This document shows positions 37,533 to 46,729 of a DNA stretch of 64,000 nt, piece by piece. Position 1 is the stretch's first letter. Each line of letters starts with the position of its first letter. Location: NCBI GenBank assembly GCA_046305855.1, contig JBKDYO010000045.1:6627-70626 (forward strand), written 5' to 3'. The notes beneath the pieces are model-generated. The model saw only the letters and a program-made list of their open reading frames with translations. It searched no databases and was not told the DNA's origin. A program made the position numbers and the translations under genes. This DNA comes from Paracoccaceae bacterium. GTDB taxonomy: Bacteria > Pseudomonadota > Alphaproteobacteria > Rhodobacterales > Rhodobacteraceae.

Positions 37533-38023
37533 AGCCGACCGAACCGCTTCACCTGATCAAGCAGCGCCGCGAGGGCCTGTTGCGGACGCTGGTCGACGGA
37601 GTGCCCTACATCCACTTTCTGGGGGTCAAGTTCGACCGCCGCGGCGACGAGTTGACTGCCGTCCTGCCCTTCAAGGACAGCCTGATCGGCAACCCGGGCC
37701 TGCCCGCCCTGCATGGCGGGGCCACAGCGGCCTTTCTGGAAATCGCCGCGATGATCGAACTGGCCTGGAGCACATTGTGGGACGGGGTCGAAGCCGACGG
37801 CGTTCTGCCGGTCGGCCCGATGCGCCTGCCGAAGACCATCGATTTCACCGTCGACTACCTGCGGGCGGGTCTGCCGCGCGATGCCTATGCCCGGGCACGC
37901 GTGAACCGGTCGGGGCGGCGCTATGCATCCGTTCATGTCGAAGCCTGGCAGGACAACCGCGCCCGGCTTTTCGCCCAGGCCACCGGACACTTCCTGATGC
38001 CACCGTCCGAGCCGACTTCGTGA
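37529..38023 (+). CDS. PaaI-family hotdog thioesterase (second copy)
   Basis: ALHGGATAAFLEIAA motif. ATGA overlap with the upstream thioesterase gene. Confidence 0.8.
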   Translation: MKPTEPLHLIKQRREGLLRTLVDGVPYIHFLGVKFDRRGDELTAVLPFKDSLIGNPGLPALHGGATAAFLEIAAMIELAWSTLWDGVEADGVLPVGPMRLPKTIDFTVDYLRAGLPRDAYARARVNRSGRRYASVHVEAWQDNRARLFAQATGHFLMPPSEPTS

Positions 38024-39330
38024 CCGCCATCACGCACGGTCGGCTCTGGCGCATAGCCGGCCCCATTGTGTTGTCGAATGCCACGGTACCGCTTCTGGGG
38101 GCGGTCGATACCGGGGTTGTCGGGCAGATGGGCACTGCGGCGCCGATTGGTGCGGTCGGGCTTGGGGCGGTGATCCTTGCCACGGTCTACTGGGTCTTCG
38201 GCTTTCTGCGGATGGGAACCAGCGGCCTTGCGGCACAAGCGCATGGCGCGGGCGATGGGGCCGAGCGGACGGCCGTCCTGTTGCGGGCGACGATGGTGGG
38301 GCTGGGCGCCGGGCTGGTGCTGATCGTGGTCCAGGTGGCGCTGTTTGCCGGAGCCTTTGCGATTGCCCCCGCGAGCGCCGAGGTCGAGACGCTGGCCAGG
38401 CAGTATCTGGCGATCCGGATCTGGGGCGCTCCTGCCACCATCGCGCTGTATGCGCTGACCGGCTGGCTGATCGCGGTCGAACGGACGCGGTCGGTGTTCG
38501 TCCTGCAGCTTTGGATCAACGGGGTGAACATCGCGCTGGACCTGTGGTTCGTGCTGGGTTTGGGCTGGGGCGTGCCGGGTGTGGCGGTGGCGACGCTGAT
38601 CGCCGAATGCACCGGGCTGGCCGTTGGCCTCTGGTTCTGCCGCGATGCCTTTGGCCCGGCGCTGGCGGCGGCCTGGGCGCGGATCGGCGACCGGGAGGCG
38701 CTGGTCCGGATGGTTGCGGTCAACCGCGACATCATGATCCGGTCGGTAGTGCTGCAGGCCTGCTTTACCGCCTTTGTCTTCCTTGGGGCCCGGTTCGGGG
38801 ATGTGACGCTGGCGGCCAACCAGGTGCTGATGCAGTTTCTGGGCATCCTGTCCTATGCGCTGGACGGGTTCGCCTTTGCCGCCGAGACGCTGGTCGGTCA
38901 GGCCATCGGCGCGCGGGCGGTCGGGGATGTGCGGCAGGCGATCCGGCTGTCGCTGTTCTGGACGGTGGCAGGCGGGCTGGTGCTGGGCGCTGCGTTCTGG
39001 GTCGCCGGACCCTGGCTGATCGACCTGATGGCCACCAATCCCGAGGTGCGGCAGGAGGCCCGTATCTACCTGCCGTGGATCGTCGCCGCGCCGATCTTCG
39101 GGGCGCTGGCCTGGGCTTATGACGGGGTCTATATCGGGGCGCTGCTGACCACCGAGATGCGGCGGCTGATGCTGATTTCGGCCGCGGCCTATGCGCTGGC
39201 GCTGACCTTGATCCTGCCGTTCGGGAACCACGGGCTCTGGGCCGCCCTGATGGTGCTGTTCGCGGTGCGGAGCGTCCTGATGCACTGGCGCAGTCCACGG
39301 GTTGCCGCGCAGGCTTGCCTTCCGGGATGA
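38020..39330 (+). CDS. MATE family efflux transporter (DinF/NorM-like)
   Basis: GTG at 38020 overlaps the upstream stop (GTGA). About 436 aa with 12 TM helices. N-terminal LWRIAGPIVLSNATVPLLGAVDTGVVG is typical of MATE proteins. Confidence 0.85.
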   Translation: MTAITHGRLWRIAGPIVLSNATVPLLGAVDTGVVGQMGTAAPIGAVGLGAVILATVYWVFGFLRMGTSGLAAQAHGAGDGAERTAVLLRATMVGLGAGLVLIVVQVALFAGAFAIAPASAEVETLARQYLAIRIWGAPATIALYALTGWLIAVERTRSVFVLQLWINGVNIALDLWFVLGLGWGVPGVAVATLIAECTGLAVGLWFCRDAFGPALAAAWARIGDREALVRMVAVNRDIMIRSVVLQACFTAFVFLGARFGDVTLAANQVLMQFLGILSYALDGFAFAAETLVGQAIGARAVGDVRQAIRLSLFWTVAGGLVLGAAFWVAGPWLIDLMATNPEVRQEARIYLPWIVAAPIFGALAWAYDGVYIGALLTTEMRRLMLISAAAYALALTLILPFGNHGLWAALMVLFAVRSVLMHWRSPRVAAQACLPG

Positions 39331-39364
39331 CTGCGGGAATGATCAGGCCGCAAAGGGGGGCATC

Positions 39365-39820
39365 ATGCGGAAATTCCTTGTCGTGCTGGACGACAGTCGC
39401 GAGTGCCTGAACGCCATGCGGTTTGCAGCGCTTCGGGCGGCGCATACCGGGGGCGGGGTGACGATCCTATCGGTCGTGCCGCCGGAAGAGTTTCAGACCT
39501 GGATGGGTGTCGCAGACCTGATGCGCGCCGAGGCGCGCGAGCGGATCGAGGCGCATTTCGAGGTCTTCGCCAAATGGATGCGCGACAAGCAGGGGGTCAA
39601 CCCCGACCTCGTGATCCGCGAGGGCGATCCGGTGAACGAGATCCTGAGCCTCGTCAAGGAAGACCCCGAGATCGGCGTCCTTGTTCTGGGCGCGGGGTCC
39701 GACAAGTCGGGCCCGGGGCCTTTGGTGACGGCTCTGTCGCGGAACGCAGGCAGCCTGCCGATCCCGATCACCATCGTGCCCGGGGACCTGTCCAAGGAAC
39801 GGCTGGAAAGCATCACCTGA
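39365..39820 (+). CDS. Universal stress protein
   Basis: MRKFLVVLDDSRECLNAMRFA...VLVLGAGSDKSGPGPLVTAL is the Usp fold. Confidence 0.8.
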   Translation: MRKFLVVLDDSRECLNAMRFAALRAAHTGGGVTILSVVPPEEFQTWMGVADLMRAEARERIEAHFEVFAKWMRDKQGVNPDLVIREGDPVNEILSLVKEDPEIGVLVLGAGSDKSGPGPLVTALSRNAGSLPIPITIVPGDLSKERLESIT

Positions 39821-39973
39821 CTTCGGGTCCGAACGCCGGTCATCAGCGCGCGGTACCGAAAGCGTGGGCTGAGGTGCCCCGGTTTAAGCGCCTGCTTACA
39901 GCCAAGCGCGAAGGGACCGTGTAGGGACGAGGCAACCGGGCCGTTTGGCCCCGACCCTCTCAGGACATCCCGC

Positions 39974-41593
39974 ATGACCCGTCTTCCGCCGCGACCGGAG
40001 CTGTCGCCTTTTGCGCTGAACGCCCTTGTCGCGACCTACCTGCTTGCGCTGTGCAACACGACCTTCTGGGGTCATCTGTTCCGCATCTTCGACGGCCGCA
40101 CCGTGACGGCAGTGGTCTTTGCCGGAGCGGTCTGGGCGCTGATGCTGCTGGTGATTTCGGCCCTTGCGCTGCGCCGGATGCAAAAGCCGGTCCTCGTGGC
40201 CTTGCTGATGATCGCGGCGACAACGTCGTACTACGTCGATGTGCTGGGGGTCGTCGTCGACCGCGACATGATCCAGAACGCGATGACCACGACCTTTGCG
40301 GAATCAAAGCACCTGATCACGGCGCATTTTGTCGCTCACGTCTTCCTTTACGGCGTGGTGCCCTCGGCGCTGGTGCTTTGGCTGCGTGTCCGCCGGGCCC
40401 CGGTCCTGCGGGCCGCGATTGGCGCCGGGATGGTGACGGCCGTTTCGGTCGCCTTGCTGGTCGGACTGCTGTTCACCAACCTGAAGGCCTATTCCACCGT
40501 GCTGCGCGCCGACAAGGAACTGATGGGGGCGGTCCAACCGCTTGCGCCGATCGGCGGTGCGCTGCGCTATGCCAAGATGATGTTCAAGTCGACGCAGATC
40601 GTCCTGCAGCCCACGGGCACGGATGCCGCGCGGGGGCAGCTTCTGGCCAGTGTCGAGAAGCCGGTCCTGATGGTCATCGTGGCGGGCGAGACCGCGCGTG
40701 CCGCGAACTGGTCCTTGGGGGATTACGGGCGCGAGACGAACCCGGAACTGTCCCAGCGTGACATCGTCTACTACCCGAACGCGACCAGCTGCGGCACTGC
40801 GACGGCAACCTCGCTGCCCTGCATGTTCTCGCCGCTGACCCGCGCCGACTTCAGTTATGAGGGCGGCATTGGCACCGAGAACCTGGTGGACGTGCTGTCG
40901 CATGCCGGGTTTCAGGTCGAATGGTGGGACAACAACACCGGCCACAAGGACATCGCCACCCGCATTCCGTCCCGCATCATGACGGCGGAGGACGGACCGG
41001 AGTTCTGCTTGCCCGAGTGCATTGACGGCGTCTTCCTGAAATCCCTGCAGGACAAGGCCGACACGATCACCGAGGACACCGTCATCGTGCTGCACCAGAT
41101 CGGCAGCCACGGCCCGAGCTACTGGCTGCGCTATCCGGCCGACCGCGAGATCTTTGCGCCCGCCTGCAAGACGCCGGAACTGACCGACTGCACGTCCGAG
41201 GAAATCACCAATGCCTATGACAATACCATCGCCTACACGGACTATTTCCTGTCTCAGGTGATCGACCTGCTGGACGCCTCGGACCGGGTGACCCCGGCGA
41301 TGTTCTATGTTTCGGACCATGGCGAAAGCCTTGGCGAGGGCGGGCTTTACCTGCACGGCACGCCCTATTTCATGGCACCCGAGGATCAGACCCACGTGCC
41401 GATGCTGATCTGGATGTCAAAGCCGTTCCGTGACAGTCTGGCACTGGATCGGGACTGCATGGCCAAGTCGGCCGCGGATCCCGTCAGCCACGACAACATG
41501 TTCTCGACGGTGCTTGGAATGCTGGATGTGACGACGACTGCGAAGGACACGACGCTTGACCTTGCCGGGGCCTGCCGAACGGTCACGGGCTAA
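39974..41593 (+). CDS. eptA: Phosphoethanolamine--lipid A transferase (EptA/MCR family)
   Basis: Five N-terminal TM helices plus a sulfatase-like domain. It carries GETARAANW (nucleophile Thr position) and YVSDHGESLGEGGLYLHG. Confidence 0.85.
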   Translation: MTRLPPRPELSPFALNALVATYLLALCNTTFWGHLFRIFDGRTVTAVVFAGAVWALMLLVISALALRRMQKPVLVALLMIAATTSYYVDVLGVVVDRDMIQNAMTTTFAESKHLITAHFVAHVFLYGVVPSALVLWLRVRRAPVLRAAIGAGMVTAVSVALLVGLLFTNLKAYSTVLRADKELMGAVQPLAPIGGALRYAKMMFKSTQIVLQPTGTDAARGQLLASVEKPVLMVIVAGETARAANWSLGDYGRETNPELSQRDIVYYPNATSCGTATATSLPCMFSPLTRADFSYEGGIGTENLVDVLSHAGFQVEWWDNNTGHKDIATRIPSRIMTAEDGPEFCLPECIDGVFLKSLQDKADTITEDTVIVLHQIGSHGPSYWLRYPADREIFAPACKTPELTDCTSEEITNAYDNTIAYTDYFLSQVIDLLDASDRVTPAMFYVSDHGESLGEGGLYLHGTPYFMAPEDQTHVPMLIWMSKPFRDSLALDRDCMAKSAADPVSHDNMFSTVLGMLDVTTTAKDTTLDLAGACRTVTG

Positions 41594-41596
41594 GGC

Positions 41597-41968
41597 ATGA
41601 CCGATCAGGCCAAGCCCCCGCGCAAGTCGGGCGTTGCGCATTTCTTTGCCGCTGCCGGGTATTCGCTGGCCGGGCTAAGGCGGCTGGCGCGCGAAAGCGC
41701 CTTCCGGCAGGAAGTCGCCCTGATCCTCGGGCTGCTGGTGGTCTTTGTGGTTTTCGGGGCATCGCTGGCCGAGACCCTCGGGCTGCTGGCCCTCGGACTG
41801 CTTCTGATCGCCGTCGAGGCGTTGAACACGGCGCTGGAGGTTCTGGTCGATCACCTGTCGCCCGGCTGGTCGCAATTTGCCAAGGACGCCAAGGACCTCG
41901 GCTCGCTGGCTGTGGCCTGCACCATCGGGGCGATCGTGCTTTATGCGGGCATCGCGCTGATCCTGTAG
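41597..41968 (+). CDS. dgkA: Diacylglycerol kinase
   Basis: 123 aa with three TM helices. AFRQE and EALNTALE motifs typical of DgkA. Confidence 0.85.
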   Translation: MTDQAKPPRKSGVAHFFAAAGYSLAGLRRLARESAFRQEVALILGLLVVFVVFGASLAETLGLLALGLLLIAVEALNTALEVLVDHLSPGWSQFAKDAKDLGSLAVACTIGAIVLYAGIALIL

Positions 41969-42086
41969 GCAGAAAGCGGTGGATGGCGCGTTTGCATGGC
42001 CGCCATGCGGCGACAGGCCTTGGTCCCGGCGCTGCACAGGCCTATCCTTTGGTCATGGGAGGAGCCTTCGTCGAAAGGTTCAAACA

Positions 42087-42239
42087 ATGTCTATTCATCC
42101 CTTCCCGCGCCCCAAGGCAGCGTTGCCGGTTCTGGAACCCTATTATCAGACTGACCGCAGGTCCGACCCCCCGGTCCGCCTGCGCCTGATGACCGCTCTG
42201 GACCAGATGTATGCCTACTTCGGCACCGACCTCGCCTGA
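42087..42239 (+). CDS. Possible 50-aa hypothetical protein
   Basis: ATG at 42087 is preceded by GAAAGG. It is an internal start of the 86-aa track ORF. No recognisable domain. Confidence 0.25.
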   Translation: MSIHPFPRPKAALPVLEPYYQTDRRSDPPVRLRLMTALDQMYAYFGTDLA

Positions 42240-42313
42240 TCTTTAGAACGGTTCCAGACTTGACGTCAGGGACGGCAAAGCGCATATCCGAGTGGAATTG
42301 TCGGAGACTTCAG

Positions 42314-42877
42314 ATGTTCATCCAGACCGAATCCACGCCGAACCCCGCGACGCTGAAATTCCTGCCCGGCCAGACCGTGCTGGAGCTTGGCACGGCGGAT
42401 TTCCCCAGCGCCGAGGCGGCCGCGAAATCGCCGCTGGCCAAGCGCATCTTTGCGGCGGGCGGCGTGACCGGCGTTTTCTTCGGCACGGATTTCGTGACCG
42501 TCACCAAGGCCGAAAACGTGGACTGGCCGCATATCAAGCCGCAGATCCTCGGCGCGATCATGGAGCATTACCAGTCCGGCCAGCCGGTCATCGAAGGTGA
42601 AGGCACCAACGGTGGCGGCCATGCCGAACACACCGGCGAAGACGGTGACGTGGTGCGCCAGATCAAGGAACTGCTCGACACCCGCGTGCGGCCCGCCGTG
42701 GCGCAGGATGGCGGCGACATCACCTTCCACGGTTTTGATCGCGGCGTGGTCTACCTGCACATGCAGGGCGCCTGCGCGGGCTGCCCGTCCTCGACCCTGA
42801 CGCTGAAGATGGGGATCGAGAACCTTCTGCGGCACTACATCCCGGAAGTGCTGGAAGTTCGGCCTGTCGCGGCCTGA
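42314..42877 (+). CDS. NifU/Nfu-type Fe-S cluster scaffold or carrier protein
   Basis: Nfu N-terminal domain MFIQTESTPNPATLKFLPG plus a C-terminal NifU domain with CAGCPSS (CxxC). Confidence 0.85.
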   Translation: MFIQTESTPNPATLKFLPGQTVLELGTADFPSAEAAAKSPLAKRIFAAGGVTGVFFGTDFVTVTKAENVDWPHIKPQILGAIMEHYQSGQPVIEGEGTNGGGHAEHTGEDGDVVRQIKELLDTRVRPAVAQDGGDITFHGFDRGVVYLHMQGACAGCPSSTLTLKMGIENLLRHYIPEVLEVRPVAA

Positions 42878-42883
42878 TTTCTC

Positions 42884-43495
42884 GTGCTGCTGCCGATCCT
42901 GGCCTTCGACACCTCGGCCGCGCATTGCGCGGCCGCTTTGCTTTTGCCCGACCGGCTGATCCAGCGCGTCGAGCCGATGGAGAAGGGTCAGGCGGAGCGG
43001 CTGGTGCCGATGCTGGAGGAGATGCTGGCCGAAGGCGAGATCGGGTGGTCGGACCTGAAGGCTCTGGCGGTCGGGACGGGTCCGGGCAACTTTACCGGCG
43101 TCCGGATCTCGGTGGCCGCCGCACGGGGCCTGGCCTTGGGCCTCGGCATCCCTGCGGTCGGGGTGACTCGGCTGGAGGCGCTGGCTTACGGCCTGCCGCG
43201 CCCGCTCCGGGTCATCGAAGACGCGCGTCGAGGCGAGGTCTATGTCCAGGATTTCACGGCGGATGGACCGGGGCCCGCCCGGCTTGCTGTCGCCGACACT
43301 GTTGAACCCCTGTCCAACTCCACTGGAAGTGGCGCTGGACCTCACGCCCTGCCCTCTGCTCTGCCGTTAGCCGAAGCTATCGCGCGGATCGGCGCGGAAC
43401 GAGCTAAAGCCCCCCAACCCCGCCCGGCCCCCTTCTACCTGCGCGGGGCCGATGCGGCACCACCGTCCGACCCACCGCCGGTGATTCTGCCGTGA
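42884..43495 (+). CDS. tsaB: tRNA t6A37 biosynthesis protein TsaB
   Basis: ILAFDTS...GTGPGNFTGVRISVAAARGLA is the TsaB signature. Confidence 0.8.
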   Translation: MLLPILAFDTSAAHCAAALLLPDRLIQRVEPMEKGQAERLVPMLEEMLAEGEIGWSDLKALAVGTGPGNFTGVRISVAAARGLALGLGIPAVGVTRLEALAYGLPRPLRVIEDARRGEVYVQDFTADGPGPARLAVADTVEPLSNSTGSGAGPHALPSALPLAEAIARIGAERAKAPQPRPAPFYLRGADAAPPSDPPPVILP

Positions 43496-43923
43496 CGCCC
43501 GAAGCCTTGGCCAGCCTGCACGCCCGCGCTTTCCGCACTCCGCCGCCGTGGACCGCCGACGCCTTCAAGGGCTTGCTGGAAGACCCCCTGGCGTTCCTTC
43601 TGGTCGAAGGCGACGCGGGCTGTCTTCTAGGTCGCGCCGTCGCGGGCGAGGCCGAGCTTCTGACCCTTGCCGTTGCACCCGACGCCCGCCGTCGGGGCCT
43701 TGGGCGCAAGCTTGTGGCACGGTTTCTTTATCAAGCACGGCTGCGCGGGGCCGAACGCGCCTTTCTGGAAGTTTCGGCCGAAAACGCCCCGGCCATTGCG
43801 CTTTACGAATCGGCGGGCTTTGTCCGGTCCGGGCTGCGTCGGGGCTACTACCAGACCCCCGAAGGCACCCGGATCGACGCATTGGTCATGGCGCGAACCT
43901 TGCCGTCACTGCCCAAGACTTGA
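43492..43923 (+). CDS. rimI: GNAT acetyltransferase, ribosomal-protein-alanine N-acetyltransferase-like
   Basis: VAPDARRRGLGRKL acetyl-CoA motif. 4-nt overlap with tsaB, the usual tsaB-rimI synteny. Confidence 0.8.
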   Translation: MTPEALASLHARAFRTPPPWTADAFKGLLEDPLAFLLVEGDAGCLLGRAVAGEAELLTLAVAPDARRRGLGRKLVARFLYQARLRGAERAFLEVSAENAPAIALYESAGFVRSGLRRGYYQTPEGTRIDALVMARTLPSLPKT

Positions 43924-44069
43924 CCAAAGAGTCAACTTTTCGCCAGTGCAAAGAGAATCCGGCTTGACCCCCATGCGGGCTTCATCGCTAATCATGCCAG
44001 ATCTCGCTCGCGACCGGCTGACACCGGCGGACAGGGCGGGCCAGCGTTTTATCAACCGGGAGAACATCC

Positions 44070-45065
44070 ATGACCCTTATGAAATCCCTTGCCGGGGCAA
44101 CCTGCGCATTCGCCCTTCTTGCGGGCGCTGCAGTTGCAGAACCGGCGATCATCTTCGACCTTGGCGGCAAATTCGACAAATCCTTCAACGAGGCTGCGTT
44201 CAACGGGGCCACGAAGTGGGCGACCGAGACCGGCGGGACGTTCAAGGAACTGGAAATGCAGGACGAAGCCCAGCGCGAGCAGGCGCTGCGTCGTCTGGCC
44301 GAAGCGGGTGCCAACCCCGTCGTCATGACCGGCTTTGCTTTCGGCGACGTGCTGAACAAGGTCGCCCCCGACTTCCCGAACACCAAGTTCGCGATCATCG
44401 ACATGGTCGTCGATCAGCCGAACGTGAAGTCGGTCGTCTTCAACGAGCATGAAGGCTCGTACCTCGTCGGCATGATGGCGGGCCTTGCCACCAAGACCGG
44501 CACCGTCGGCTTCATCGGCGGCATGGACATCCCGCTGATCCGCAAGTTCGGCTGCGGCTATGCCCAGGGCGTTCTGGCTGCCAAAGCGGATGCCAAGGTC
44601 GTGCTGAACATGACCGGCACCACCCCGGCGGCCTGGAACGACCCGGTCAAGGGCGCGGAACTGGCCAAGGGCCAGAAGGCACAAGGCGCGGACGTGATCT
44701 ACGCGGCTGCCGGCGGCACCGGTGTCGGCGTTCTGCAGGCGGCTGCTGACGAAGGGATCCTGTCCATCGGCGTCGACTCGAACCAGAACTACATGCACCC
44801 GGGCAAGGTCCTGACCTCGATGCTCAAGCGCGTCGACAATGCCGTCTACGAAGCTTTCAAGGAAGGCGAAGCCCTGACCCCCGGCATCAACGTCATGGGT
44901 CTGGCGAATGAAGGCGTCGGCTACGCGATGGACGAAAACAACGCGCCGCTGGTGACCCCGGAAATGCAGGCCGCTGTCGATGCGGCGGCTGAAAAGATCA
45001 AGTCGGGTGAGCTGGTCGTGCACGACTATATGTCCGACAACACCTGCCCGGCCGCCACGTTCTGA
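44070..45065 (+). CDS. BMP-family (PnrA-like) nucleoside ABC transporter substrate-binding protein
   Basis: Signal peptide plus DKSFNEAAFNGA and GFIGGMDIPLIRKF blocks typical of the Bmp family. Confidence 0.85.
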   Translation: MTLMKSLAGATCAFALLAGAAVAEPAIIFDLGGKFDKSFNEAAFNGATKWATETGGTFKELEMQDEAQREQALRRLAEAGANPVVMTGFAFGDVLNKVAPDFPNTKFAIIDMVVDQPNVKSVVFNEHEGSYLVGMMAGLATKTGTVGFIGGMDIPLIRKFGCGYAQGVLAAKADAKVVLNMTGTTPAAWNDPVKGAELAKGQKAQGADVIYAAAGGTGVGVLQAAADEGILSIGVDSNQNYMHPGKVLTSMLKRVDNAVYEAFKEGEALTPGINVMGLANEGVGYAMDENNAPLVTPEMQAAVDAAAEKIKSGELVVHDYMSDNTCPAATF

Positions 45066-45090
45066 TCGGCTGACAGCGTGAACTGAAAGG

Positions 45091-45120
45091 TGCCGCGCCA
45101 GACACCTGGCGCGGCATTTT
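45091..45120 (+). terminator. Strong hairpin plus T-run between the binding-protein and ATPase genes (terminator or attenuator)
   Basis: Perfect 11-bp stem TGCCGCGCCAG/CTGGCGCGGCA, loop ACAC, then TTTT. Confidence 0.6.
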
Positions 45121-45184
45121 GCAACCGGCACCCCGTCAAAGCCGCGGTCAAGCGGCAGGGGCCGTTGCCAACACGGGGGAAGAT

Positions 45185-46729
45185 ATGGCTGATGCGGCTT
45201 TTGCCATCGAACTGAAGGGCATTTCCAAGGCCTTCGGTCCGGTCCAGGCGAACAAGGACATCAACATCGCGGTGCCCAAAGGCACGATCCACGGGATCAT
45301 CGGTGAGAACGGCGCGGGCAAGTCGACGCTGATGTCGATCCTCTACGGGTTCTACAAGGCCGACGCGGGCCAAATCTTCGTCAACGGCCAGCTTACCCCG
45401 ATCCCCGACAGCCAGAGCGCAATCCGCGCCGGCATCGGCATGGTCTTCCAGCACTTCAAGCTGGTGCAGAATTTCAGCGTGCTGGAGAACATCATCCTGG
45501 GCGTCGAGGACGGCCCGATGCTGAACACCTCGCTGACCAAGGCGCGCAAGGAACTGGAACGCCTGGCCCGCGACTATGAACTGGATGTCGATCCCGATGC
45601 CTTGATCGAGGATCTGTCCGTGGGTCACCAGCAGCGGGTCGAGATCCTCAAGGCGCTGTACCGGCAGGCCGAGATCCTGATCCTGGACGAACCGACGGGG
45701 GTGCTGACCCCGGACGAGGCCGACCACCTGTTCCGCATCCTGAAAGGGCTGAAGGACCAGGGCAAGACGGTGATCCTGATCACCCACAAGCTGCGCGAGA
45801 TCATGGAGGCGACCGACAACGTCAGCGTCATGCGGCGCGGGACGATGGTGGCGACGGTCAAGACCGAGGAGACGAGCCCCGAGCAACTGGCCGAGCTGAT
45901 GGTGGGCCGCAAGGTCCTGCTGGAGGTCGACAAAGGCACGGCCAAGCCCGGCGAAGTCGTGCTGAAGGTCGAAGACCTGCGCGTCCGCGACGAACACAAG
46001 GTCGAACGCCTGAAGGGCGTCAGCTTCGACATCCGCGCAGGCGAGATCCTCGGGATCGCCGGGGTCGCGGGGAACGGGCAGTCCGAGCTTCTGGCAGCCC
46101 TGGGCGGGATGCAGGCGGCCACGGGCCAGATCACCCTGAAAGGGGCCGGTCTGCCCTTGTCCGGTGCCGGTTCGGACGGGCAAAGCCGCCGCCGCGCAGG
46201 CATCGCCCATGTGCCGGAGGACCGCCACCACTACGGCCTGATCCTGGACTTCACGGCCTGGGAGAACGTCGCCTTTGGTTATTTCAACGAGCCGGAATAC
46301 CAGAAGAACGCGCTCTTCATGGACAACGACGCGATCAAGGCCGACACCGAGAAGAAGATGGCGACTTTCGACGTCCGCCCGCCGATTCCGACGCTGCCCG
46401 CGAAAAGCTTTTCGGGCGGAAACCAGCAGAAGATCGTCGTGGCCCGCGAGATCGAGCAGAATCCGGTGCTGCTTCTGATCGGCCAGCCGACCCGCGGCGT
46501 GGACATCGGCGCCATCGAGTTCATCCACAAGCAGATCATCGCGCTCCGCGATGCCGGGGCAGCCGTGCTTCTGGTCAGCGTGGAGCTTGACGAGATCATG
46601 AGCCTGTCCGACCGCATCGCGGTGATGTTCGACGGCAAGATCATGGGCTTCCGCGACCCCGAAACCACGAACGAACGCGAGCTGGGCCTGTTGATGGCCG
46701 GGGTGACGGGGAAAGGGGAGGCCGCCTGA
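45185..46729 (+). CDS. ABC transporter ATP-binding protein with duplicated ATPase domains
   Basis: Walker A GENGAGKST and signatures LSVGHQQR and FSGGNQQK in two tandem cassettes. Confidence 0.85.
   Translation: MADAAFAIELKGISKAFGPVQANKDINIAVPKGTIHGIIGENGAGKSTLMSILYGFYKADAGQIFVNGQLTPIPDSQSAIRAGIGMVFQHFKLVQNFSVLENIILGVEDGPMLNTSLTKARKELERLARDYELDVDPDALIEDLSVGHQQRVEILKALYRQAEILILDEPTGVLTPDEADHLFRILKGLKDQGKTVILITHKLREIMEATDNVSVMRRGTMVATVKTEETSPEQLAELMVGRKVLLEVDKGTAKPGEVVLKVEDLRVRDEHKVERLKGVSFDIRAGEILGIAGVAGNGQSELLAALGGMQAATGQITLKGAGLPLSGAGSDGQSRRRAGIAHVPEDRHHYGLILDFTAWENVAFGYFNEPEYQKNALFMDNDAIKADTEKKMATFDVRPPIPTLPAKSFSGGNQQKIVVAREIEQNPVLLLIGQPTRGVDIGAIEFIHKQIIALRDAGAAVLLVSVELDEIMSLSDRIAVMFDGKIMGFRDPETTNERELGLLMAGVTGKGEAA

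Noticed and set aside
37426-39330. 634-aa ORF spanning the second thioesterase and the MATE gene.
   Set aside because: The N-terminal 198 aa are an alternate frame of the PaaI genes. The MATE sequence begins at GTG 38020, overlapping the thioesterase stop.
43924-44069. Possible riboswitch or leader upstream of the nucleoside binding-protein gene.
   Set aside because: I could not recognise any known purine, 2'-dG, ZTP or other riboswitch core, or a convincing alternative-structure pair. The spacer more likely holds an ordinary promoter (TTGACC at about 43965).
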